Notes under the pieces: generated by a model
Databases searched by the model: none
What the model saw: only the letters and a program-made list of their open reading frames with translations
Told to the model about the DNA's origin: nothing
Part shown: positions 39,352-48,351 of the stretch, piece after piece
How positions within the stretch are numbered: position 1 is the first letter of the stretch
Layout: each line of letters opens with the position of its first letter
Assembly (NCBI GenBank): GCA_946615905.1
Contig: CAMOIE010000001.1
Coordinates: 44,318 to 108,317 of the forward strand
Reading direction: 5' to 3'
Origin: an uncultured Treponema sp.
GTDB taxonomy: Bacteria; Spirochaetota; Spirochaetia; Treponematales; Treponemataceae
DNA length: 64,000 bases
Made by a program: the position numbers and the translations under genes

Positions 39352-40482
39352 TTAAAGCTCTGTGCCAGTAATCGCGGCGTTTTCCAGTTCCTCAAAAGAA
39401 CAAATTTTGTTTCGTCCGGAATTTTTCGCCTGATACAAGGCCGCGTCTGTTTTTTTAATCATAATCTCATAGTCATAGTCTTCGCTAGGTTCAAAATAGG
39501 CATAACCGATGCTGATTGAAACATAATTTGACGGGTTTTCCTCTGCCGGAAAAGGAATTTCCAAATCAGCAACCGCTTCCCGCAAATTTTCAGCCCTGTC
39601 TTTCAAATCTTCCTGATTTTTCACAAAACAGAGGCCACAGAATTCTTCCCCTCCGTAGCGGAAAAACGAGATTCCGTTCTCAAGCCCGAATTTCTTAAAG
39701 CACTTGCCGATTTCAAAGAGGCAGACATCGCCAGCCCTGTGTCCGTACGAATCATTGAAAAGCTTGAAGTGGTCAATGTCAATCATGAACATGCCGCTTA
39801 CGTGATTCTCAACCGGCCCTTCCGATTTTTTCAAATTCTCAAAAAGGCTCCGGCGGTTCGGCAGGTCAGTCAGAGAGTCAGTGTTTCGCTCATAAAGAAG
39901 TTTTCTGTTGGCCTCGAAATTTTCCAAGCGGCTCTTTCTGATTTCAAGCCCGATGAAAATTCCGACCGCAAAAAACGAAGTCGTATTCATCATGTCCATA
40001 ATGAAGGTCGACTGCTTTTTGAAGAGGTAAGAAAGAATCATCCCGTAAAAAAACATGCAGATTGTAAAAATATTAACCCTCAGTGAGCGGTCCAGCAAAA
40101 GAATTTGCATCAAAAGAAGAATACATGTGAAAGTGACATATTCAACTGCATAAATATTTGCGAAATTGACCAAAATTGAAAAACTGACAGCGATAAAGAA
40201 AAGTAGGTAAATTAACGGCAACGGATGCTTTTTTATGAATTTTTCAAAAAGAAAAATCGTGAACATTACCAGCAGGGACGCTAAAAAAAATGAAAAATAG
40301 AGGACTTTCAAGTGAATTTCAAAGTCTGCTGCGTATGAGAAAATCATTAGGACGAGCATTAGAACCATGACGATTCCATTCAGGACTTTCAAAAGAGAAA
40401 AATTGTAATTACTTACGGCCTCTCTGTTCCGCTTGAGAAGGTTGATTTCATTTTCAAAAAGTAAAAAAGTCAGTATTCTCAT
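39352..40482 (-). CDS. Membrane diguanylate cyclase
   Basis: About 6 TM segments; DSLTDLPNRR, IDIDHFK.FND.YGH..GD and RYGGEEF motifs. Confidence 0.92.
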   Translation of the reverse strand: MRILTFLLFENEINLLKRNREAVSNYNFSLLKVLNGIVMVLMLVLMIFSYAADFEIHLKVLYFSFFLASLLVMFTIFLFEKFIKKHPLPLIYLLFFIAVSFSILVNFANIYAVEYVTFTCILLLMQILLLDRSLRVNIFTICMFFYGMILSYLFKKQSTFIMDMMNTTSFFAVGIFIGLEIRKSRLENFEANRKLLYERNTDSLTDLPNRRSLFENLKKSEGPVENHVSGMFMIDIDHFKLFNDSYGHRAGDVCLFEIGKCFKKFGLENGISFFRYGGEEFCGLCFVKNQEDLKDRAENLREAVADLEIPFPAEENPSNYVSISIGYAYFEPSEDYDYEIMIKKTDAALYQAKNSGRNKICSFEELENAAITGTEL

Positions 40483-42680
40483 TTCTTAGTATTTCCTGCC
40501 CATTTTCGCGGACTGAATCCTGTGTTTTTTTTGAAAACCGAAGAAAAATAATTTTGGTTTTGAAAGCCTAATCTGCTGGCGATTTCACTTAGCTTTGCGT
40601 TTCCCATCGAGAGAAGTTTTTTTGCCTGTTCAATTTTTAATTTTTCATGAAGCTCTTGAACCGTAAATCCTGTCATTTCCTTTGTCTTTCGCACAAGGTG
40701 ACTCTTGCTTACAAGAAGTTCATCGGCCATTTTATTCAGATTAGTCATTTCATCCAAATGTTCGAGCAAATAATTCATAATTTGTCTGACAGTCAGGCCT
40801 GACTGAATTTTAATTACGGATTCGTCTTCGTCTGGAAGATTGAAATCCTTGAAGATTTGGTCGTTGTTCAAAAGTGATGAATTGGCCTTTGCCTTTGAGG
40901 CTTTTAAATAAGTTGTGTAGAGGGCATTGCTCATCAGCAGGCGAACTGTGTCGTAAAGAGAGATATTTTGGTTTCCGATTTCCAAAAGCATGTAGCCAAA
41001 GTAGAGGTCATCATGATAAAGGGTTTCCAACATCAGCGAGTAACGCCGTTCCTGGGGCAAGAACATCTTTGGAAAGCAGGAGGGATCATAAACTTTGTGG
41101 GGAAGTTTTTCCTGAATGAAAGGCTGCGGTTCTGGCAGAATCAGTTTTACGGATGCGGACATCAGGTCGTGGGTCAAAGTGTCGCTCAGGGCAAGGATTA
41201 TTCCAGAAATCTCAAGTTCGCCCAACTGACGGCGCAGGACTTCGTAAATTTGTTTTTCCGTGGTGGCCGAGGCAAAGTTAATTGCGATTTTAGAGAGGTT
41301 TGAAAATGTATAGGCGTTCTCCTGATTTGAAAGAGTGTCATAAGAAAGGTGGACTGATGCAAAAACTCTCAGCTGGTGGAAAATTGCTTCCATGTGCAAA
41401 ATCTGCTCAGGATCATCTTTTACCAGCGGAATAATCAAGGCCCGCAAATCCGTAATGAACTGCTGATATGTCGTACTTGAAACTTTGCCTCGTTTGTCGG
41501 CGTTTTGTAAAATCCGCTGGAAGCTTTTCAACAAGTGTGAATCTTTTTCCTGCTCGTAAATGTCAAAAAATATCGAGTCGATAAGGTCGCCCTGTTCAGA
41601 ACTCGTTGACTGGGGAAGTAAATTCCGAATTTGATATGTCAAATAGTTTCTCAAATCTTTTCCTGAACCGCTAATGATTTCAGAAAGATTTTTTACTATT
41701 GGGATCGCTTTTCCGGCATCAAGTATGCTTTGCTCAAAGCAACCGCATGACTGTCTGACGACAAGCGAAGTTTTTATGAATTTTGACTCCAGAATTTTTT
41801 CCGGCTCGATTATTTTGTCGATTAAAAGTTCTACGGCTGTGTAACCCCGTTTAAAGTATTCCAAATTGATTGTTGTAATAGGCGTGAATGCGGAAATTCC
41901 TGAATACTGGTTGTTAAAGCCTGTTATTGCTACGTCCTTTGGAACTGCGATTCCGAGTTTGTCGAATTCATTGATTAATTCAGCTGCAATAATATCACTT
42001 GACGTGACGATTACATCCAGACCTTCATGGTTGTGCAATTTGAATGACGTGACAAGTTTTCTGATGACGTAGGTTATGTCTACTGGCTCCATAGACTTTG
42101 CCATGTAAACAGAATTCGGAAGTTCTGGAATATTGTATTTTGCGAGTTCCGCCCTGTAGGCTGTGAGTCTGCGCTGGTGGGGCAGCGAAATTTCACTGCC
42201 GACAAAGGCAAATTTCCTGTATTTGTGGACTTTTATCAGGTGTTTGAACAGATATGACATTGAATATGTGTTGTCAATTCTTACTGACGGGACACCAGGA
42301 ATGTCCATGTAGCCGATGTCGACAATCGGAAGTGGGGCAAGTGAAGTGAATAAATTTGTGACGCTTTCTGGCTCCATGTATTCGCAGAGTGTTGAAGCCC
42401 AAGAAACAAGCCCGTTGATTAAGGGCTGCTTCATGAATTTGAAATTCTTTGTGTAATGGTGAATGAAATCCAAGTCGTCAAATGTTGAGTACTTGATTGC
42501 TCCACCCATGTTTATAAAGTTTACATCGTAGTCGGAGCAGGCTTTCATAATTCCTGCCAAATATTCCTGTCCGATAAATGAACGAAAATCTGCAATTCCT
42601 GCAAAAGCTATCGTAATTCGCTGACCTGCATTTTTTTTAGCTGAGAGAAAATTTCTTCTGTGGGCAATTCCCTGATCCAT
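40479..42680 (-). CDS. Hybrid regulator: LacI-type periplasmic-binding-fold sensor plus C-terminal AraC HTH
   Basis: VPSVRIDN, SSDIIA and IAVPKDVAITGFNN (PBP1 fold); C-terminal SEIASRLGFQNQNYFSSVFKKNTGFSP (AraC). Confidence 0.85.
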   Translation of the reverse strand: MDQGIAHRRNFLSAKKNAGQRITIAFAGIADFRSFIGQEYLAGIMKACSDYDVNFINMGGAIKYSTFDDLDFIHHYTKNFKFMKQPLINGLVSWASTLCEYMEPESVTNLFTSLAPLPIVDIGYMDIPGVPSVRIDNTYSMSYLFKHLIKVHKYRKFAFVGSEISLPHQRRLTAYRAELAKYNIPELPNSVYMAKSMEPVDITYVIRKLVTSFKLHNHEGLDVIVTSSDIIAAELINEFDKLGIAVPKDVAITGFNNQYSGISAFTPITTINLEYFKRGYTAVELLIDKIIEPEKILESKFIKTSLVVRQSCGCFEQSILDAGKAIPIVKNLSEIISGSGKDLRNYLTYQIRNLLPQSTSSEQGDLIDSIFFDIYEQEKDSHLLKSFQRILQNADKRGKVSSTTYQQFITDLRALIIPLVKDDPEQILHMEAIFHQLRVFASVHLSYDTLSNQENAYTFSNLSKIAINFASATTEKQIYEVLRRQLGELEISGIILALSDTLTHDLMSASVKLILPEPQPFIQEKLPHKVYDPSCFPKMFLPQERRYSLMLETLYHDDLYFGYMLLEIGNQNISLYDTVRLLMSNALYTTYLKASKAKANSSLLNNDQIFKDFNLPDEDESVIKIQSGLTVRQIMNYLLEHLDEMTNLNKMADELLVSKSHLVRKTKEMTGFTVQELHEKLKIEQAKKLLSMGNAKLSEIASRLGFQNQNYFSSVFKKNTGFSPRKWAGNTKK

Positions 42681-42813
42681 TTTATTTATTATAGCATGTA
42701 CTGATTCAATTTTATATTAGAATTTATAAAATTTGCTCATAAATTTGACCTTCAAAGAAAAAACAAAAAATTAAAAACTTGCAAAATCCTAAAATGGACT
42801 TATAATAATCTTT

Positions 42814-43548
42814 ATGGATATCTATCAAAACATTTCGGAATATTATGATGAACTCTATCCTGTCTCTGCTGAGCAGAAGAAATTTTACACTGATATTTTA
42901 AACTCTTATGCAAAACCCGCAAAAGTTTTGGGGCTCAATTGCGGAACCGGTAATTTTGAATACAGTTTGGCAAAAGAAGATTACGATGTTACTGGCTTGG
43001 AGACGATTCCTGACTTGCTCGCCTCTGCCAACCGCAAACGGTGGACTCAAACTATGTCCATGCGTTTTTTCAACATGTCTACGCTTGAAATGGCGAGATT
43101 TTTAGGCAAGAAATTCTACAATCTGATTTCTGTCCGCGACAGTCGAGTTGTTTTCACTCATGACAAAACTTTGATGAATAAATTTTTCTACGACTGTCAC
43201 GAACTTTTGAGCGATGGAGGCTCCCTGATCATTGTCCTGCCGAATTTTGAGAAATTTGTCCCAGCACAAGAGCCTGTGGAGCTTCCGGCCCGCGAGAGCA
43301 TCCGAGTTTCATTGTTTACGAGAATTGTGACCGACCCGGACGGGCAAGTTTATGAGGAGCAGGTTCTTGAAAGCGGCAATGGAAAAATGCAGACAGTCAC
43401 TTCGCACGCACCGATTTTCCCGCTGACTAAAACTGATATCTCCGAGTTGGCCAAAAAATCAGGCTTCTCAAAAATTGATTTTTACGGTGATTTTTCAAAG
43501 TCAGAATTTACAAAAGATTGTGATGAGTTAATCGCTGTAATCCGCTGA
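42814..43548 (+). CDS. Class I SAM-dependent methyltransferase-like protein
   Basis: LGLNCGTG (degenerate motif I), DVTGLE and YGDFSKSEF C-terminus. Confidence 0.7.
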   Translation: MDIYQNISEYYDELYPVSAEQKKFYTDILNSYAKPAKVLGLNCGTGNFEYSLAKEDYDVTGLETIPDLLASANRKRWTQTMSMRFFNMSTLEMARFLGKKFYNLISVRDSRVVFTHDKTLMNKFFYDCHELLSDGGSLIIVLPNFEKFVPAQEPVELPARESIRVSLFTRIVTDPDGQVYEEQVLESGNGKMQTVTSHAPIFPLTKTDISELAKKSGFSKIDFYGDFSKSEFTKDCDELIAVIR

Positions 43549-43549
43549 A

Positions 43550-44476
43550 TTATTTGAATTTCCAGTGGTTGTTGTCGCGGTAAAAGCGTTTTGCAGGAAC
43601 TTCCAACAAGCGTCCGTCTTCTCCGAGCATTTTAATCATCTGCGTAAGCGGATTTACGTCCGTGATTTTAAAATTCGTTCCATCGTAGAAAATATGGATT
43701 CCCTCATTCGGAAGATTCCTGCGGGCTTCTGCGTACCATTTGAATTCGTAGCTCAGGCAGCAAAGCAGTCGGCCGCACTGCCCTGAGATTTTTGCGGAGT
43801 TGAGCGAAAGATTCTGCTCTTTTGCCATCTTGATTGAAACAGAAGGAAGTTTGTCTGAAATTGAGGAGCAGCAGAATGGCCGGCCGCAAACGCCGAGTCC
43901 ACCTGTAATCCTTGATTCGTCCCTTGCCCCGATTTGGCGCAGTTCTATTCTCATCTTGAAGACAGAAACCAAGTCCTTGACCAGCTCCCGGAAGTCAACC
44001 CGGTTTTCGCTTGAAAAGAAAAATAGTGCTTTCGGCTCGTCCAGCAAAAAGTGAACGGCAACAAGCTTCATATCAAGGTGGTGAAGGGCTGCCTTTTCCT
44101 GAAAAGTCTTAAAGGCTTCGTCTTCCTTCGCGCAGTTTTCCTGATATTTTTTTAAGTCCTCGTCAGAAGTTTTGCGTTCGATTGTCACTATGTCAGATTT
44201 TTTGATTTGCACCGGATGCTCTGATTTTCCAAGAACAAAGGCCAAATCTTTGCCGTAGCGGGTTGAAACGATTACGCCGTCACCTTTTTTGAGTTCGCCC
44301 ATTCCCTTGGGCTGATTGCAGAAAATATTTTCGTTTGAATATTCCAGACGCACAACGTAGAGAGGCCCGTTAAAAGAGTCCTGGGCAGAAGAGTCAGAAG
44401 TATCTTCATAGTTGTCTTCGAGTTTTGAGAAATCAATTTTCTCGTCGTCTATGTCCTGTTCAAAAATATCGCTCAC
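43550..44476 (-). CDS. PSP1 C-terminal domain protein (YaaT/RicT family)
   Basis: RVDFRELVKDL, RIELRQIG.RDE, G.CGRPFCC and SGQCGRLLCCL.YE motifs. Confidence 0.9.
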   Translation of the reverse strand: MSDIFEQDIDDEKIDFSKLEDNYEDTSDSSAQDSFNGPLYVVRLEYSNENIFCNQPKGMGELKKGDGVIVSTRYGKDLAFVLGKSEHPVQIKKSDIVTIERKTSDEDLKKYQENCAKEDEAFKTFQEKAALHHLDMKLVAVHFLLDEPKALFFFSSENRVDFRELVKDLVSVFKMRIELRQIGARDESRITGGLGVCGRPFCCSSISDKLPSVSIKMAKEQNLSLNSAKISGQCGRLLCCLSYEFKWYAEARRNLPNEGIHIFYDGTNFKITDVNPLTQMIKMLGEDGRLLEVPAKRFYRDNNHWKFK

Positions 44477-44533
44477 GGGTCTACCTCAAAATGTCCTTCC
44501 TCCGAAAAAAGAACACCTTTTTATATTTTATAA

Positions 44534-45109
44534 TTATCCGGCTAATAAGTCCACAATTAAACCGTTGATTTCTTCAATGCGGGCTAGCATATTCAGATTT
44601 TTGCGGTGATTGTATAAAAAGTCCGAAGTGAATTGATTTAGTTTTTCATTGATTACGCGGATTTGGATTCTCGGGTCGACGGGTTTGCCGCTTTTTCTGC
44701 TGATTGGAATTTCCCATTTACCTGTCACCGGGTTGAATTTCTTGCGCTGCTGGACAACGACCTCATAGTTGTTTTTTACGATGAACTTTATGAACTGGCT
44801 GACCTTTTCCCGGTATCTGTCAATTGAGGCCCTGTCCTGCTTTCGCTGCAACTCGTCTCCTGCTATGTCCACCGCGTCTTTCAAAAAGATTACGGCTTCT
44901 TCCCCACTCATTCCGGCTATTTCCGGCGGAAGACCCTCTGAGATCAGATTTTTTTCTTCCTGAGCTTTTTTCAGCGACGATGCGAATGAAATTTTAGAAT
45001 TTTTTGCGGATTTTTCTGATTTCTGGGCGTTTTTTGCCTGCTGACTTGCGGCAGACTGGACTCCAGAAAAATACAAGGCAGAACTTTGAAGTGTGCTGAT
45101 TTCAGCCAT
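44534..45109 (-). CDS. YaaR family protein (DUF327)
   Basis: Y...V..FI..IVKNNY and C-terminal IEEINGLIVDLL. Confidence 0.8.
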   Translation of the reverse strand: MAEISTLQSSALYFSGVQSAASQQAKNAQKSEKSAKNSKISFASSLKKAQEEKNLISEGLPPEIAGMSGEEAVIFLKDAVDIAGDELQRKQDRASIDRYREKVSQFIKFIVKNNYEVVVQQRKKFNPVTGKWEIPISRKSGKPVDPRIQIRVINEKLNQFTSDFLYNHRKNLNMLARIEEINGLIVDLLAG

Positions 45110-45516
45110 TACATAACCTTGCTCAGAACAGCCTGTTTGTCAGTGAATTCTTTTACGGCCTTTGAATAAGATTCTTCGTCCTTGAGGGAAATACAGTGGC
45201 CTTGAACGAACGTGTTCTCAGCAATTTGAAGGCGGCGGGTCGTGATGTTCCCGATGACGATTGATTCTGTAAGGAGGGTGATGCTTTTCGGGGCTGAAAT
45301 GTCGCCGATTACGATTCCTCCGACTGTGACTGCTGCAGCCGTAATGTTTCCGCGAATTCTTGCTTTTTCTCCGATGATGACGTTTCCTGGAGTGTCGAGA
45401 TTTCCATCGATGTCCCCGTCAACACGGACAAAACCGTTTACGCGCAAATTCCCGCTGACTGCGGAACCTTCGCCTACGATTGTGTTGATTGAAATGTCAT
45501 CAGAAAAAAATGCCAT
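45109..45516 (-). CDS. Bactofilin (polymer-forming cytoskeletal protein)
   Basis: NTIVGEGS...G.LRVNG.VRVDG...G beta-helix repeats. Confidence 0.9.
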   Translation of the reverse strand: MAFFSDDISINTIVGEGSAVSGNLRVNGFVRVDGDIDGNLDTPGNVIIGEKARIRGNITAAAVTVGGIVIGDISAPKSITLLTESIVIGNITTRRLQIAENTFVQGHCISLKDEESYSKAVKEFTDKQAVLSKVM

Positions 45517-45517
45517 C

Positions 45518-46540
45518 TTATTTTGCGAGTTTTACGTTAACGTATTTTGCCGGGTCTACAACGTCTGAGCCGATGTGGACTTCGTAATGAAGGTGGGGGC
45601 CTGTCGTAACGCCGGTGTTTCCGATTGCTCCGATAACCTGACGCTGTGAAACCTGCTGTCCCTTTTTGACGCGGACTGTACTCATGTGACAGTAACGCGT
45701 GTAAATTCCGTGCTTGTGCTTGATTACAACGTAGTTTCCGAATCCTGAGTCATAAGCGACTGTGACGACTTGACCGTTAGCCGTGGCGACAATCGGGTCT
45801 CCTGAACGCCATGTTGAGAAGTCCAAGCCCTTGTGGATGTACCACTGGCCTGTAATCGGGTGGACGTTTTGGCCGAACTGCATTGAAATGTGTCCGATTC
45901 CGCCCCGGATTGGCCAAATATTGGGAATGTCAGAGAAAAGTGTTTCCTGGCTTTCGAGCATTTTTCCAATCTGCTCAATCGGCTGGACTGCGCCTTCGAG
46001 ATAGGCGTTGAGCTTGCGGATGTCTGCGGCTTCGCGTGTGGAGCCTGTGACCTGTTCCTGTGTGTCAAAAAGTGAGGAAAGGTCGGAGTCGTTCATTGAG
46101 GCTTTTGCAACTGAAGATGTCTGGTTGATTCCCAGCAGTGAAAGTGACTGTGAGAGTGAAGTCTGGAATCTTTTTGCGGTCTGAAGAAGGTTGTTGTTCT
46201 CATCGCGGAGTTCATCAAGACTGGCAAGGGTGCGGCGGTTTTCACTCATCAAGCGGCCGATTTCTGCGGATGAGGATGCCGCCTTGCGGTTGAAATATAC
46301 AAATGAAGAGATTACACCGCCCAAAAGGACTACGCCCAAAGTCAATGCGAATACGTTTGTCTGGAAGTTCAGAACTTTGCTCTGTGAATGGGGAACGACC
46401 ATGATGGTCAGCTTGGAGTCGCAAATCTTAAAGAATTTAACAAAAAGGCCGCCTAAAAATCCAAAAAAAACGCGGATTTTGTTCATCAGCGACGCGACAA
46501 GATTTTTTTCTATTTTTTTGTAGTGTCTTACTTTTGCCAA
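45518..46540 (-). CDS. M23 family peptidoglycan endopeptidase with TM and coiled coil
   Basis: HKGLDF (HxxxD) and TTGPHLHYEV (HxH); TTG start behind GGAG. Confidence 0.92.
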   Translation of the reverse strand: MAKVRHYKKIEKNLVASLMNKIRVFFGFLGGLFVKFFKICDSKLTIMVVPHSQSKVLNFQTNVFALTLGVVLLGGVISSFVYFNRKAASSSAEIGRLMSENRRTLASLDELRDENNNLLQTAKRFQTSLSQSLSLLGINQTSSVAKASMNDSDLSSLFDTQEQVTGSTREAADIRKLNAYLEGAVQPIEQIGKMLESQETLFSDIPNIWPIRGGIGHISMQFGQNVHPITGQWYIHKGLDFSTWRSGDPIVATANGQVVTVAYDSGFGNYVVIKHKHGIYTRYCHMSTVRVKKGQQVSQRQVIGAIGNTGVTTGPHLHYEVHIGSDVVDPAKYVNVKLAK

Positions 46541-46590
46541 AGTATTTCTCCGATTACTCTACAATCCTTCTACCTATACAATAGCGAATC

Positions 46591-46620
46591 ATAATATCAC
46601 AGAAGAATCTTCTGTGTCAA
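46591..46620 (-). promoter_or_regulatory. Sigma-70 promoter for the M23-bactofilin operon with a palindrome in the spacer
   Basis: TTGACA (46620-46615)-18 nt-TATTAT (46596-46591) with TG extension; CACAGAAG-AAT-CTTCTGTG at 46598-46616. Confidence 0.6.
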
Positions 46621-46683
46621 ATGAAAGCCCATGCACCTTCCTTAGTTCTAATATCGGGAGAATTCAGCTTAAACTGAAAAAAT

Positions 46684-46712
46684 TTGACACTTACAAATTC
46701 CTATGTTATTAT
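46684..46712 (+). promoter_or_regulatory. Sigma-70 promoter upstream of tatD
   Basis: TTGACA (46684-46689)-17 nt-TATTAT (46707-46712), preceded by TG (extended -10). Confidence 0.65.
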
Positions 46713-46744
46713 TGCAATAGTTAAATTAATTTTGCTCTTAGGAA

Positions 46745-46775
46745 GCGCAGGCGCATTCACGTCTGTGTTTTTTTT
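46745..46775 (+). terminator. Intrinsic terminator in the tatD leader
   Basis: GCGCAGGCG-CATTCA-CGTCTGTGT followed by T8; its three G-U pairs form only on the + strand. Confidence 0.7.
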
Positions 46776-46797
46776 ATTATCTAAAATAGGAAAAGCC

Positions 46798-47580
46798 ATG
46801 CGGTTTTTTGATACTCACGCCCACATAGGGCTTATCTATGATGACCCTATCGAACAGTTGCGCGTTATTCACCAGGCAAAAGCCGCCGGTGTTACCCGCA
46901 TCATCAGCATTAACAACGGCCTTTACGATTTTAAAAAGGTTTATTCTCATCTCAAGGCTGCTTCTGGTGTTTACCATGCAGTTGGGGTCGGCCCGTCAGA
47001 AGTCATGAATCCTGGAAAAGATTGGATTAAGACAATAGAAGAATCCGTAAAACTTCCTAATGTTATCGCAATCGGCGAGACAGGATTGGACTATCTAAAG
47101 CAGTACGGCGATAAAAAAAGCCAAATCGAACTTTTTATTACACAGCTGGAGCTTGCACAAAAATACGAAAAGCCGGTAATTATTCACAACCGCGAGGCCG
47201 GAAAAGACGTTTTTGAAATCCTCACTGATCGAATTCCTGACAAGGGAGCGATTCTCCATTGTTATGGCGAGAATGCGGCTTATGCAAAAAAATGCCTCGA
47301 TGCAAATCTCAACGTCTGGTTCTCTTTTGCTGGAAATCTGACTTACCGCAATGCCCGCAATTTGCATGAAACTGTTTTGAACATTCCTCTTGACCGCATT
47401 TTGCTTGAGACAGAAAGCCCATTCATGATTCCTGCGGAAATCCGCGAGAAAAAGCGCACGATGCCAGCGTATCTTCCGTACACGGCAAGATTCCTTTCCG
47501 AAATGCTGGAAATCCCGCTAGAAGAGCTTGCTGACCAGCTTTGGAAGAATTCATGCAAGGCTTTCGGCTTGCCGGAGTAA
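46798..47580 (+). CDS. tatD: TatD family nuclease
   Basis: FDTHAH, IGETGLDY, IIHNR, ILHCY and LETESPF motifs; start re-set to MRFFD. Confidence 0.93.
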   Translation: MRFFDTHAHIGLIYDDPIEQLRVIHQAKAAGVTRIISINNGLYDFKKVYSHLKAASGVYHAVGVGPSEVMNPGKDWIKTIEESVKLPNVIAIGETGLDYLKQYGDKKSQIELFITQLELAQKYEKPVIIHNREAGKDVFEILTDRIPDKGAILHCYGENAAYAKKCLDANLNVWFSFAGNLTYRNARNLHETVLNIPLDRILLETESPFMIPAEIREKKRTMPAYLPYTARFLSEMLEIPLEELADQLWKNSCKAFGLPE

Positions 47581-47602
47581 ATCCTAAAAGTTTGAATAAA
47601 AT

Positions 47603-47643
47603 AAAAAAGGGTTGCATTTCAAATGAAGTGCAACCCTTTTTTT
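47603..47643. terminator. Bidirectional intrinsic terminator
   Basis: AAAAAAGGGTTGCA...TGCAACCCTTTTTTT between convergent genes. Confidence 0.8.
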
Positions 47644-47659
47644 ATGAATATTGGTTTTC

Positions 47660-48304
47660 TTACATTACGGCTTTTACGGCGTCTGCAACGTCCTTGTTCT
47701 TTGCATCGCGGAAGAAGTATTCTGCGAAATGCTCGCCGGCAAAGGCTCCCTTAACAAGGTCTGCGTCTTTTTTTGCAAGGTCGGCCAAAATTTCTGTGAA
47801 GGGGCGGTATGTGATTTCCTTTACACCGTCCAAAATCTTTTTGTTGCGCTGCTCAGGAACTACGCGCTCCTTTGGATAGCCGCCGCCGAAAGGCTCTGAC
47901 CAGAGTTTTTCAAAAATGTATTCGAGGTTCAAGTCTCCGCCCCAGCCGAATCCTTTTGCGAAAGGAAGGGCGATTGCGTTTCCATCGTTAATCTGTGCGA
48001 AAGTGTAAGCGTCGAGCGGGTCTGCAACGTGGCCGCAGATAACTCCGGGGAAAGAGTTCAATGCAAGCATCGCGCCTTCGCCAGTTCCGCAACCTGTGAC
48101 AACGAAGTCTGCGGCACCGGAGTTCAAGAGGGCTGCGGCCAAGATTCCGTTCTGCACATAAGTGAGCTGGGCCTTGTCGTCAGCGGCGTACATTCCGTAG
48201 TTCACGACCTCAAATCCTTTTGTGTCGGCGACTTTTTTGAGGGCATTGTAAATAACCGCGTTTTTTGCGGCCTGTGAGTTTTCGTTAATCAAAGCGATTT
48301 TCAT
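47660..48304 (-). CDS. RpiB/LacA/LacB family sugar-phosphate isomerase (DhuI-like, with C-terminal extension)
   Basis: MKIALINENSQ, VTGCGTGEGAMLALNSFPGV and GGGYP.ER motifs. Confidence 0.85.
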   Translation of the reverse strand: MKIALINENSQAAKNAVIYNALKKVADTKGFEVVNYGMYAADDKAQLTYVQNGILAAALLNSGAADFVVTGCGTGEGAMLALNSFPGVICGHVADPLDAYTFAQINDGNAIALPFAKGFGWGGDLNLEYIFEKLWSEPFGGGYPKERVVPEQRNKKILDGVKEITYRPFTEILADLAKKDADLVKGAFAGEHFAEYFFRDAKNKDVADAVKAVM

Positions 48305-48351
48305 CTGTCTTTCTCCTTGCAAAATCGATTTGTCAAATTATAATAGATTTT

